Assembly (NCBI GenBank): GCA_965203195.1
Contig: OZ241860.1
Location: 210,774 to 274,773, forward strand
Reading direction: 5' to 3'
DNA from: Dehalococcoidia bacterium
Lineage (GTDB): Bacteria > Chloroflexota > Dehalococcoidia > Lucifugimonadales > UBA3495
Length of the DNA stretch: 64,000 nt
Each line of letters opens with the position of its first letter. The stretch's first letter is position 1. The notes under the pieces were generated by a model. The model was not told the origin of the DNA, ran no database searches, and saw only the letters and a program-made list of their open reading frames with translations. Made by a program: the position numbers and the translations under genes. Shown here piece by piece: positions 1 through 8,925 of the stretch.

Positions 1-2
1 CC

Positions 3-275
3 TGCCTCCCCCTGTTCAAAGAACGCGACATCGCCGTCCTCGGCTCCGACACCGGCAACGACGTCAGCCCGCCCCAGTACGGCGGTCAGCTCACCAACCC
101 CATCCACCAGGTTGCCATCACCGCTATGGGCCTCTGGATCCTGGACAACGCCAACCTGGAGGAACTCGCCGCCGCCTGCCAGGAACGCAACCGCTGGACT
201 TTCCTGGTCAGCATCAACCCCCTCCGACTCCACAACACCACCGGCTCCCCCGTGAACCCCGTCGCCGTGTTCTAG
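3..275 (+). CDS. Cyclase-family (kynurenine formamidase-like) protein, C-terminal fragment; 5' end lies outside the window
   Basis: Open frame from the window edge to TAG at 273-275. Hand translation reads ...DIAVLGSDTGNDVSPPQYGGQLTNPIHQVAITAMGLWILDNANLEEL..., which resembles the C-terminal part of putative cyclases (recalled family pattern). Confidence 0.5.
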   Translation, partial: CLPLFKERDIAVLGSDTGNDVSPPQYGGQLTNPIHQVAITAMGLWILDNANLEELAAACQERNRWTFLVSINPLRLHNTTGSPVNPVAVF

Positions 276-342
276 CCCGCGCCGGACTACAGCCGGACTA
301 CAGGACTACAGCCGGACTACCGACAGAAGGAGATCTACCGAT

Positions 343-564
343 ATGGCCGATGCCGCCGCTAACGCCGACGCCGGCCCGTCCGCCGTCACCTCGGACGACT
401 TGCGCGCCCTGCTGCGCCTCGCCGGCCTGTCGTTGGACGAACCGGAAATAGACGAACTGCTGCCCCTCTACCGCCTCCTGCGCCAGCGCGCCGACACCCT
501 CCACGAAGCCGACCTGCCCCTGTCCGTGCCCTCCGCGATCTTCCCCGCCGACTGGCGCGGCTAG
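343..564 (+). CDS. Small (73 aa) GatC/AtzG-like putative partner subunit of the downstream amidase
   Basis: ORF ends 32 nt before the amidase start, so it looks like one operon. The helical small protein (LRALLRLAGLSLDEPEIDELLPLYRLL...FPADW) resembles the small GatC-like subunits that accompany some amidase-signature enzymes. The family assignment is an inference. Confidence 0.45.
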   Translation: MADAAANADAGPSAVTSDDLRALLRLAGLSLDEPEIDELLPLYRLLRQRADTLHEADLPLSVPSAIFPADWRG

Positions 565-595
565 GCCGGCGCCCGGCGCGACATCGAGGCACGGG

Positions 596-2020
596 ATGAG
601 TACGGAGACAATCACAATGGCCACATCCGGGGAACTGCATTACCTGACCATCGGCGCCGCCGCGCCCCTCATCGCCGCCGGCGAACTCTCGCCGGTAGAA
701 CTCACCCGCGCCTATCTGGACCGCATCGCCGCCGTCGACGCCCGCCTGGACTCCTATGTCACCCTCACGGCGGATCTGGCCCTGTCCCAGGCGCGCCAGG
801 CCGAAGCCGAAATCGCCGCCGGCCGCTACCGCGGCCCCATGCACGGCATCCCCATCGCCCTGAAAGACCTCTACGACACCGCCGGCATCAGAACCACCGC
901 GATGTCCCGCGTCACCCCCGACCGTGTGCCAGCCGCGGACGCCACCGCCGTCGCCAGGCTCTACGACGCCGGCGCCATCCTCCTCGGCAAACTGGCCATG
1001 CACGAATTCGCCCTGGGCGGCCCCGACTTCACCAGCCTGTTCCCTCCGGCCCGCAACCCCTGGAACACCGACCATATCCCCGGCGGCAGCAGCAGCGGCT
1101 CCGGCGCCGCCGTGGCCGCCGGCCTCTGTATGGGCGCCCTGGGCTCCGACACCGGCGGCAGCATCCGCGGCCCCGCCGCAATGTGCGGCATCGCCGGCAT
1201 CAAACCCACCTTCGGCCGCGTCAGCAACTACGGCGTCGCCCCCCTCTCCTGGTCCCAGGACCACTGCGGCCCGATGACCTGGACCGTCGAGGACTGCGCC
1301 ATTATGCTCCAGGCCATCGCCGGCTACGACCCCAAGGACCCTACCACCGCCGATGTCCCCACGCCCAACTACCTGGCCGCCCTCCGCGACGGCGTGCGCG
1401 GCCTGACCATCGGCGTCCCCCGCCAGCACTTCTACGAGGCAGCCCCCGGCGTTGACCCTCAGGTCATCGCCGCCGCCGAGCGCGCCCTGGAAACCCTGTC
1501 GGAACTGGGCGCGGAAATCCGCGATGTGGAACTCCCCCATATCGGCTACGCCCAGGCCACCAACCAGGTCATTATGCTCTCCGAAGCCTACTCCTACCAC
1601 GAAGCCGACCTCAAACGCCGGCGGCAGGACTACGGGGATATGGTGCGAAACCGCTTCCTGCTCGGCGGCCTGCTGTCCGCCTCCGACTACAACCAGGCCC
1701 TGCGAATGCGCCGCGTCATCAAGGATGAAATGGCGGCGGCCCTCCGCCAGTCCGATGTGCTGGTCACCCCCACCTACGCGTCTCCGGCGCCGGAAATCCA
1801 GGGCTACGCCGGCGCCAGCACTTTGACCCAGCCCAGCTTCACCGGCCCCTTCAATGTCTCCGGCCTGCCGGCGGTATCCACCCCCAGCGGCCTGTCCGCC
1901 GCGGGCCTGCCTATGGGCCTGCAAGTGGTGGGCCGGCCTTTTGACGAAGCCACCGCCCTCCGCGTCGCCCACGCCTACGAACAGGCCGCCCGCTTCATCG
2001 ACCGCCGCCCGCCCCTGTAA
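596..2020 (+). CDS. Amidase-signature family amidase
   Basis: 474-aa ORF with the GGSSSGSGAAVAAG Gly/Ser-rich amidase-signature motif and a conserved KD...T context (ALKDLYDTAGIRTT). Clear paralogue of gatA at 60620. Confidence 0.9.
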   Translation: MSTETITMATSGELHYLTIGAAAPLIAAGELSPVELTRAYLDRIAAVDARLDSYVTLTADLALSQARQAEAEIAAGRYRGPMHGIPIALKDLYDTAGIRTTAMSRVTPDRVPAADATAVARLYDAGAILLGKLAMHEFALGGPDFTSLFPPARNPWNTDHIPGGSSSGSGAAVAAGLCMGALGSDTGGSIRGPAAMCGIAGIKPTFGRVSNYGVAPLSWSQDHCGPMTWTVEDCAIMLQAIAGYDPKDPTTADVPTPNYLAALRDGVRGLTIGVPRQHFYEAAPGVDPQVIAAAERALETLSELGAEIRDVELPHIGYAQATNQVIMLSEAYSYHEADLKRRRQDYGDMVRNRFLLGGLLSASDYNQALRMRRVIKDEMAAALRQSDVLVTPTYASPAPEIQGYAGASTLTQPSFTGPFNVSGLPAVSTPSGLSAAGLPMGLQVVGRPFDEATALRVAHAYEQAARFIDRRPPL

Positions 2021-2183
2021 CCCCCGGCGCGTACGGCTGCTCATTGATCTGAAAGCCGCCGGCGCATTGACCTGAACCTCCACCCGGGGCTATTCAAAAC
2101 CGGAGCGATTCCGGGCGCGGGCTGCGGATTTCGTCGCATTCTCGAGCTCCTTCCCACCCATTCCCGAAACGAGGTTTTGTCAG

Positions 2184-2468
2184 ATGACAACCCAAGTGGC
2201 CATCAACTGCGCTAAGTGCGAAAACCTGATCGATTCCCCCCTCGCCGCCGACGGGCAGACGATGAAAGACGGAGTAGCCATTGCCTTGGCCATCTGCGCC
2301 GTCTGCGGGCCCTTCCACTGCCTCACCTGCAAGCAGCGGACTGCCTCCATCAACCCCGAGCTCTATACTATGGGCAACGGCCACCCGGGCAGCCGCGGCA
2401 TCTGCGCCGTCTGCGGCCGGAAAAAGAACCGCCTCGGCGCCCTCCCCGTTCTCCGCCCCGCCGGATAG
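2184..2468 (+). CDS. Cys-rich small protein (multiple CxxC, zinc-ribbon-like), hypothetical
   Basis: 94-aa ORF with CAKC, CAVC, CLTC and CAVC pairs. The composition is non-repetitive, unlike the overlapping shadow ORFs. Confidence 0.45.
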   Translation: MTTQVAINCAKCENLIDSPLAADGQTMKDGVAIALAICAVCGPFHCLTCKQRTASINPELYTMGNGHPGSRGICAVCGRKKNRLGALPVLRPAG

Positions 2469-2771
2469 CCGGTTTGAGACCCCGCCGGCAGCCCGGTTCC
2501 AAACGCCCGCCGGCCATTCCCCAATTTCAGCGCGCGCCGGAGCCTCGCCCGCATCCGGCGCTCCTGTTTAACTGGATACTGTTGACCTTTCCCCGTCCGA
2601 GTATGGGCATAGCGCGGAGGCATGGCGTCCAGGAGCGGCGTCAAAGCCTTTCCCCGTCCGGGCATTGGCATAGACAGCCCCTTTGCCCCTTCCAATGCCG
2701 GTTCCGGGTTCATACCCCGGCCGCTTGACGCCAGCGAAAACGGCGGCAAAAGCACCCGCATTCCGGCATTA

Positions 2772-3839
2772 GCCGGCGCCCGGCGCGCCCTGATCCCGGC
2801 GCCGCGCCCAATCCGCCCGCCGGATTTTAAAAATCGCCGCCATTTATGACACAGGGCTATCGCATATGGATTTCTCTCCGGCCGTCTTACCGATATACCG
2901 GATTCCAGAAGCCACAATGCAGCTGTATTCGTAGCTGCATTACGAATTCAGTCGTGGCTGTCCGCTAAAACCGGGCCCATATCAAGCGAATCGATCCATA
3001 TGCGATAGCCCTGATTTATGACACCCGCCCCCTTGCGCCCTGAACATCAGTACTGCTAACCTGAAACACGGATGCGGCAACCCGCCCGGCGGCCCGGGGA
3101 ACAGCTGCCCCGACCGCCATCCGCCACAGCCCCGGCGCGGACGCGCGCCCGGCGCCAAAACGGACACCAGCTATGCCTACTCCAATCCGAAATCGACGTC
3201 GTACCACCATCGGGGAAACCATTTCGGGCTAACCACCAAACGGGCCTCCAGGAAACGGCCTAACCCTTGTCGGAACCCAATTTCAGCTGGTCCTGCTTCG
3301 TCGCTGTGTGTATCATACGGCCCGTGTAGTTCTGTGCCAGCCAGCGGGTGTCACCACCGCCCCGTGCCGGAAACGACGGCCCTGAAAAGCTGCCGCCTCC
3401 GGGACACGGAAAACTAGGACGAAAACTCACGCGTTACGCTCTCAGGCCGTAGCGCCGACAACCTGGAAACCCCAAGGCCAGCCCGAGCCTTCCCCGATGC
3501 CATCATCTTGCCAACCACCACTTACCAGCCATCAATCGCCCACCCATCGGAAAGGAGCCGACTTCCCCATGAAAACTTCCCTGCCCCCAACCGCCCGCCC
3601 CCCGCCCGCCGGAACCGCCCTGGTAACCGCAACATCCACGCCAATCAAGGAGCGCCAGTGAATTAAGGCCCCTCGCCAAGCGCATTTTGCCGTCGCCAAC
3701 GGCGGCATCGCATAACCCCCGTCAGTCCGGTGCAAGCCGGCGTCCGGGCATCTTCCCCGCCGGCTGCTCCGCAGCAACAGGCGCTTGCCCCGGATTGCCG
3801 GCCCCTCCCGGACTGGCGGGCGATTTTCACGACGCCCCC
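2772..3839. repeat. Copy A of a ~0.88-kb non-coding inverted repeat (interrupted by a MITE); partner at 31832-32710
   Basis: Its reverse complement aligns by eye along the whole length with 31832-32710, at roughly nine in ten positions plus small indels. The indels shift frame, so ORFs differ between copies (3072..3263 vs 32324..32581). That argues against coding. Confidence 0.85.
2852..3013. mobile_element. MITE-like non-autonomous element, 162 bp, perfect 19-bp terminal inverted repeats, 10-bp target-site duplication
   Basis: Terminal inverted repeat CAGGGCTATCGCATATGGA at 2852-2870, with its exact reverse complement at 2995-3013. Flanking direct repeat ATTTATGACA at 2842-2851 and 3014-3023. 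The paralogous repeat copy (about 32630-32639) has an uninterrupted AATTATGACA site. The interior is AT-richer and has a nested hairpin (AATGCAGCT...AGCTGCATT). Confidence 0.8.
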
Positions 3840-4210
3840 TGGCATATATCCTGCGGCCTCATCGTCTGCGCCCCCGTTGCCATCGCCGCCGTCATGCACG
3901 CTTGCCCAAAGGATTTCGGGCGCCGCCATCCCTGCCACCCGCCTGTCGGGCCTTGAGCCGGCCGTAAGCAACCCGCCGCTCAAAAACGTCCGCGCCATCG
4001 CCGCCGCCCTGAAAGCGCCATCGCCGGCGCTTTTCTCTTTTCATCCCCACTCCCCCGATACCGGCTGACCGGAAACCGCACCCGCCGCCGGGTCGCCCCC
4101 ACGCAAAATTGCCCCCCGGCAACGCCCCCGTGTAGAATGCCGGCGTCCGGCGCCGGACGCTGGACGCCGGCAAACCCACCCGCCAGCCCAACGCCAACGG
4201 AGGCCACCCT

Positions 4211-4630
4211 ATGTATCAGAAACCCACCCTGAGCCTGAAGCAGGTTCGCAATGCGATGAGCGCCATGCTGGACAAGGCCGAAGCCGAACCCGACCGCCCC
4301 TTGGCCATCGCCATCGTTGACGCCGACGCCAAACTGCTCGCCTACGCCCGTATGGACCACTGCCGCGCCCTGCCCCAGCGGATGGCCGTCAGCAAGGCTT
4401 ACACCTCCGCAATGTCCGGCCAGGACTCCGACGCCTACGCCCGCCGCCTTAAGAATGAAAACCGCAGCGTCGCCGACTTCGGCGACCCCCAGCTGGTGGC
4501 CGTGCAGGGCGCCGTGGTGGTGCGCGACCCGGCCACCGACCTGGTGCTGGGCGCCATCGGCGTCAGCGGCCTTACCGCCCAGGAGGACGAGGATCTGGCG
4601 CGCCTGGGCCTGGCCGCCCTGGCCCTGTAA
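4211..4630 (+). CDS. GlcG/HbpS-like (DUF336) heme-binding family protein
   Basis: 139-aa ORF with GGAGG 6 nt upstream of the ATG. The sequence pattern ...IAIVDADAKLLAYARMD...KAYTSA...GAIGVSGLTAQEDEDLA is typical of the GlcG family. Confidence 0.8.
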   Translation: MYQKPTLSLKQVRNAMSAMLDKAEAEPDRPLAIAIVDADAKLLAYARMDHCRALPQRMAVSKAYTSAMSGQDSDAYARRLKNENRSVADFGDPQLVAVQGAVVVRDPATDLVLGAIGVSGLTAQEDEDLARLGLAALAL

Positions 4631-4779
4631 AACCCGGCCCCCGGCAATGCCCCGTCCGCCGCCGGGATGAACAACGCCGGCGGCGGACAGCCGGCCGGCC
4701 GGCGTCCATTCGGCATTCCCGCTACAATAGAAAGAGGCTATGCGCCCCCCACGCCATCCCCGTTGCGAGGTACGCTTTT

Positions 4780-6684
4780 ATGGTTCAGCAGGGACAGATT
4801 GACCATCTTTTGCAGGAGGCCGGCGAAATCCCCCCGCCGCCTTATGTGGCCGCCCAGGCCACCCTGTCCGACTACGACGCCGTCTATCAGCGCTCGGTAG
4901 CCGACCCCGAAGGGTTCTGGGCCGAGGCCGCCGCGGAACTCCACTGGTTCCGCCCCTGGGACGAAGTGTTCCAGTGGGACTACCCCAACTTCCGCTGGTT
5001 CGTCGGCGGCCAAACCAACATTGCCTACAACGCCCTCGACCGCCACCTGGACACCCCCCGCCGCAACAAGGCCGCCCTCATCTGGCTGGGCGAGGACGGC
5101 TCCGAACAGGTCTATACCTACGCCCGCCTCGCCCAGCAGGTCAACCGCATGGCCAACGGCCTCAAGTCCCTCGGCATCGGCAAGGGCGACCGCGTGGTCA
5201 TCTATATGCCCCTAACCCCCGAAGGCGCCATTAGTATGCTGGCCTGCGCCCGCATCGGCGCCATCCACAGCGTCGTCTATGCCGGCTTCAGCGTCGGCAG
5301 CCTCCGCGACCGCATCCAGGACGCCCAGGCCAAAGCCCTCATCACCGGCGACATCGGCTACCGCCGCGGCGGCCGCGTCGACCTCAAAGCCATCGCCGAC
5401 GAAGCCGTCGTCGGCTGCGACACCTTGCAGGCCGTCATCGTCTGGCGCCGCGAACTCCCCCGGACGGACCTGAACGACGGCGAAACCGACTTCGACGAAC
5501 TCCTCGCCAACAGCCCCATCGCTTGTCCCGCCGCAATTATGGACGCCGAGGATCCCCTCTACATCCTCTACACCAGCGGCACCACCGGCAAACCCAAGGG
5601 CGTCGTCCACGTCCACGGCGGCTATATGGTCGGCACCCACTACCACTTCAAAACCTTCTGGGATGTGAAGGACAACGATGTGTTCTGGTGTATGTCCGAC
5701 ATCGGCTGGGTGGTGGGCCACAGCTACATCGTCTATGCGCCCCTGGTCGCCGGCGCCACCACCGTGTTCCGCGAAGGCGCCCCCGACTATCCCCACAACG
5801 CCGTGTTCTACGAAGTCATTGAGAAGTACGGCGTCAATGTGATTTTCACCGCCCCCACCGCCGTGCGGATGCTGATGCGCTACGGCGCTGAACCGGCCCG
5901 CCGCTACAACCTGCGTTCCCTGCGTTTCCTGACCTGCGCCGGCGAGCCCCTGAACCCCGAAGCCCTCCGCTGGGCCTACGAACACATCTGCGGCAACGGC
6001 GAATGGGCGCATATGGTGGACAACTGGTGGCAGACCGAAACCGGCGGCCCCTGCCTCGGCACCACCGCCACGATGCCCACCCGCCCCGGCCGCGTCGGCA
6101 AACCCCTGCCCGGCGCCGTAATGGACATCGTGGACCGCGAAGGCCAGTCCATCGCCGAACCCGACCAGGGCGGCCTCCTGGTCATCCGCCGCCCCTTCCC
6201 CCACTTCTCCCGCACCGTCTGGGGCGACCCTGAACGGTACGCCGACACCTGGCAGCAGGTGCCCGGCGTATATCTTTCCGGCGATGTCGCCCTCCGCGAC
6301 GCCGACGGCTACTATATGGTAGTAGGCCGCGCCGACGATGTGCTCAATGTAGCCGGCCACCGCATCGGTTCCGCCGAGGTAGAAAGCGCCCTGGTGTCCC
6401 ACCCCGAAGTCGCCGAGGCCGCCGTCATCGGCAAACCCGACCAGCTGCGCGGCGAAGTCATCAAGGGCTTCGTAACCCTGCGAATGGGCAGCCAGGGTTC
6501 CGACCGGATGGTCAACGACCTGCAACAGCACGTCCGCCGGGAGCTGGGCCCCATCGCAATGCCCGCGGAAATCGAGTTCACGCCGGCCCTCCCCAAAACC
6601 CGCTCCGGCAAAATAATGCGCCGCCTCCTCAAGGCCCGGGAGCTGGGCCTGGATCCGGGCGACATCACCACCCTGGAGGACTGA
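4780..6684 (+). CDS. acs: Acetyl-CoA synthetase (acetate--CoA ligase)
   Basis: 634 aa with an Acs-type N-terminus (YQRSVADPEGFWAEAA), the AMP-binding motif YTSGTTGKPKG, and the C-terminal PKTRSGKIMRR. Confidence 0.9.
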   Translation: MVQQGQIDHLLQEAGEIPPPPYVAAQATLSDYDAVYQRSVADPEGFWAEAAAELHWFRPWDEVFQWDYPNFRWFVGGQTNIAYNALDRHLDTPRRNKAALIWLGEDGSEQVYTYARLAQQVNRMANGLKSLGIGKGDRVVIYMPLTPEGAISMLACARIGAIHSVVYAGFSVGSLRDRIQDAQAKALITGDIGYRRGGRVDLKAIADEAVVGCDTLQAVIVWRRELPRTDLNDGETDFDELLANSPIACPAAIMDAEDPLYILYTSGTTGKPKGVVHVHGGYMVGTHYHFKTFWDVKDNDVFWCMSDIGWVVGHSYIVYAPLVAGATTVFREGAPDYPHNAVFYEVIEKYGVNVIFTAPTAVRMLMRYGAEPARRYNLRSLRFLTCAGEPLNPEALRWAYEHICGNGEWAHMVDNWWQTETGGPCLGTTATMPTRPGRVGKPLPGAVMDIVDREGQSIAEPDQGGLLVIRRPFPHFSRTVWGDPERYADTWQQVPGVYLSGDVALRDADGYYMVVGRADDVLNVAGHRIGSAEVESALVSHPEVAEAAVIGKPDQLRGEVIKGFVTLRMGSQGSDRMVNDLQQHVRRELGPIAMPAEIEFTPALPKTRSGKIMRRLLKARELGLDPGDITTLED

Positions 6685-6753
6685 CCGCAGAACTGCGCCT
6701 GTTGACGGGCGCGCCGCTACACAGGACAATACGGCAATGAACGGCTAGGATTC

Positions 6754-6942
6754 GTGCGGCGCGCCCGTCGCTACGCCAGACGTCACGGGCTGGATTGCTA
6801 TTTCGACCCCGCGCATGGCAAAGGGAGCCACGGGACTTTTCGCTTGGGCGAGTATCAAACCACGGTTCAGCACGGAGAGATTCCCCGGAGAACATTTTTT
6901 GCCATGCTGCGGCAGCTGCGGATTGAAGCGAAGGAGTTCTGA
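6754..6942 (+). CDS. hicA: HicA-like mRNA interferase toxin
   Basis: 62 aa with a GTG start. Has the GKGSHGTF...TTVQHGEIPRRTFFAMLRQLRI pattern of the HicA/YcfA family. It ends 2 nt before a HicB-like gene. Confidence 0.65.
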   Translation: MRRARRYARRHGLDCYFDPAHGKGSHGTFRLGEYQTTVQHGEIPRRTFFAMLRQLRIEAKEF

Positions 6943-6944
6943 CT

Positions 6945-7379
6945 ATGCGATACCTTTATCCCTGCGACATTGTGGGCAACGCGGCAGACGGGGATGGGTT
7001 TGTAGCTACATTTCCCGATGTGCCAGGCGCCATCACCGGCAGCTTTACATTCCAGGAAACTCTCATTCTGGCCGAGGACTGCCTGGTAGCGGCGCTGGGC
7101 GCCTATATTGACCGCCAGCGCGATCTGCCCATTCCCAGCCCGATGCAAGACGGCCAGGAACTGCTAACCGTGCAGCCGGTTATCGCCGCCCAGCTTGACC
7201 TCTACACCGCGATGCGCAAGCAGAACATCAGCCGGGCCGACCTGGCGGAGCGGCTGGGCATCAGCGTTGCGAAAGCGAGCGAACTGTTGCGCCTTGACTA
7301 CGGCACGCCCATTAGCCGGATCGATAAAGCCCTGCACACCCTGGGCTGCGGGCTGACGGCGGCCGACCGGGCCGCTTGA
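6945..7379 (+). CDS. hicB: HicB-like antitoxin with C-terminal HTH
   Basis: 144 aa. The N-terminus (YLYPCDI...GFVATFPDVPGAITGSFTFQETLILAEDCL) matches the HicB fold pattern, and the C-terminal region looks like an HTH (ISRADLAERLGISVAKASELL). Confidence 0.75.
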   Translation: MRYLYPCDIVGNAADGDGFVATFPDVPGAITGSFTFQETLILAEDCLVAALGAYIDRQRDLPIPSPMQDGQELLTVQPVIAAQLDLYTAMRKQNISRADLAERLGISVAKASELLRLDYGTPISRIDKALHTLGCGLTAADRAA

Positions 7380-7411
7380 CCATCAAATGGAGACAGCAAA
7401 GGAGCAATGCT

Positions 7412-7834
7412 ATGGACATCAGCCAAATCTATCGGGAATACCCCCATCTCCGCATCGGCTATGGCGGCGTGCAGGGCCGCCTCAAGGCCGTGCCTGCTGT
7501 CGGCGGGAACCGCAAATACCTGGTGGCGGAGCAGCTCACCGACCGGGAAGTGGAGTGCCTCGTCCCGCCCGAACTGGAGCAGCAAGCCGCTGCCGCCGCC
7601 GCCGCGCACCGCCGGGTGGCAATGTCCGGCAAGTTGTATCGCAATGCGGACGGCGCCAAAGAGCGCGTGGAAGTCAGCCATATCCTGGTAATGCCCGAGG
7701 CCCACGAACTGCCATCCCTGGACGAACTGGCGGGCAGCCTGCCCGACATCACCGGAGGCCGCAGCGTCGAGGAACATCTCCGCATACTCCGCAGCGAAGG
7801 CTATGACGACTACCCGGAACCCGACCATGACTAG
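7412..7834 (+). CDS. Hypothetical protein, possible antitoxin partner of the downstream PIN protein
   Basis: ATG at 7412 preceded by AAGGAG. The 140-aa product has no recognised motif. Its 3' end overlaps the PIN gene start. Confidence 0.45.
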   Translation: MDISQIYREYPHLRIGYGGVQGRLKAVPAVGGNRKYLVAEQLTDREVECLVPPELEQQAAAAAAAHRRVAMSGKLYRNADGAKERVEVSHILVMPEAHELPSLDELAGSLPDITGGRSVEEHLRILRSEGYDDYPEPDHD

Positions 7835-8282
7835 CCCGCCACGGTTGCGCTATGCCGATTCATCGCTCCTTTTGGCATTGCTCAACAGGGAGAGCATAGC
7901 GACGGGTACCGGGACGACCCGGTTCAATGCGGCGCTCCGCATTTTCCGAAACGCCGCCGCCGGCGAATATCGGATGCTCACCTCGGTGTTGACTATCGCC
8001 GAAGTACGCACTACGCCGGGCGGTACCATAGCCTCCGCTCTGCCACAGAGCGAGGGCGGCATCTTTGGGCTGCCCTACCTTCGCACCGTAGATGTTAATG
8101 CGGAGATAGCCTTTGCCGCACAGCGTATGGGCGATGAATATGGACTGAAACCCCCCGACGCCATCCACCTGGCCACCGCCATCCAATACAACTGCGCCGA
8201 ACTGCTGGTTTGGGACGACGCCTTCATCCGCCGCGTCAACCGCCGCCCCATCCCCGGCCTGTGGGTTGGCGAACCCTACTAA
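7803..8282 (+). CDS. PIN-domain (VapC-like) ribonuclease toxin
   Basis: YADSSLLLALL near the N-terminus, LTIAEV, and DAIHLATAIQYNCAELLVWDDAF near the C-terminus fit the PIN acidic-residue layout. The start could instead be ATG 7827. Confidence 0.7.
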   Translation: MTTTRNPTMTSPPRLRYADSSLLLALLNRESIATGTGTTRFNAALRIFRNAAAGEYRMLTSVLTIAEVRTTPGGTIASALPQSEGGIFGLPYLRTVDVNAEIAFAAQRMGDEYGLKPPDAIHLATAIQYNCAELLVWDDAFIRRVNRRPIPGLWVGEPY

Positions 8283-8486
8283 TGTTGCTGTTGACCGGAT
8301 GCGGTATAATCGGTGCCGGGTTTCCGGCGAGGAGAAGCCCGATGCCCATTGACGGCCTGGCCAGCGTGAATGAAACACAGGTGGGCAGGCAATCACCTAT
8401 ACCGCAAAACTGCTGCAACACTGCGGCGTCAACTCCGCCAATATATTCGTCCAAACCGGCCCATAACCCGCCCAACCATAGCCGCT

Positions 8487-8873
8487 ATGCCTATGCCCTC
8501 GCCCGCCCCCAGTTTGCCCGGCGACGCTGACGCCGTCCTCGCCGAAGCGGCCGCCCGGCTGGAAGCCATACTGGCCGACCAGTGCCGCCGCCTGACCCCG
8601 TTCCCCGCCTTTATGGGGATGGCTACCATCCAGGCGGTGGAACTGGAGCCGGCGCTGGCCGTCCCCCGCGACCGGGGCTGCGTGGTCGTTACCCCGGAGG
8701 GAACCATCGCCGAGCTGGACATCGCCGCCATCCCCGGCATCGTCGGCGTCCTGGAAGTCGACCAGGTTGAGGAGTTCAAACCCCTGGACGGCCTCGCCGC
8801 CGAGGAATACCTCATTTATCTGCTGGCTGCCATCCGCCAGCTGGACGCCGAACTGCGCCGGCGCGGCGGTTAA
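8487..8873 (+). CDS. Hypothetical protein
   Basis: Internal ATG of ORF 8370..8873. The downstream part has non-shadow composition (…VVVTPEGTIAELDIAAIPGIVGVLEVDQVEEFKPLDGL…). No family recognised. Confidence 0.3.
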   Translation: MPMPSPAPSLPGDADAVLAEAAARLEAILADQCRRLTPFPAFMGMATIQAVELEPALAVPRDRGCVVVTPEGTIAELDIAAIPGIVGVLEVDQVEEFKPLDGLAAEEYLIYLLAAIRQLDAELRRRGG

Positions 8874-8895
8874 CCCCCAACCCCGCCCCGACCAG

Positions 8896-8925
8896 ATCAG
8901 GTCAGGTCAGGTCAGGTCAGGTCAA
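8896..8925. repeat. Pentanucleotide microsatellite, about six units of period 5 (CAGGT/GGTCA register)
   Basis: Direct reading gives ATCAG GTCAG GTCAG GTCAG GTCAG GTCAA. It lies just 3' of the 8487..8873 CDS and overlaps the stop codon and last codons of moaC (...DVDLT). Confidence 0.8.

Noticed and set aside
386-2083. Very long antisense or alternate-frame ORFs throughout the track: 386..2083-, 5212..6729-, 9065..10555+, 17187..18164-, 19779..20699-, 20420..21880-, 25020..26249-, 27981..29192-, 29165..30451-, 37087..38664+, 39706..40842-, 41321..42754-, 45345..47357-, 52047..53078+, 56056..56961-.
   Set aside because: Each overlaps a gene with clear family motifs on the other strand or frame. 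Their translations are low-complexity Ala/Gly/Arg/Pro-rich, which is typical of stop-poor shadow frames in high-GC DNA.
2772-3839. Interpreting the 0.88-kb inverted-repeat unit as a group II intron, RNase P, tmRNA, SRP RNA or a degraded IS.
   Set aside because: I found no GUGYG 5' end with a domain-V-like AGC hairpin, no GGAAAGUCCGG-type RNase P core, no SRP helix-8 motif, and no RT or transposase remnant conserved between the copies. Its identity is left open.
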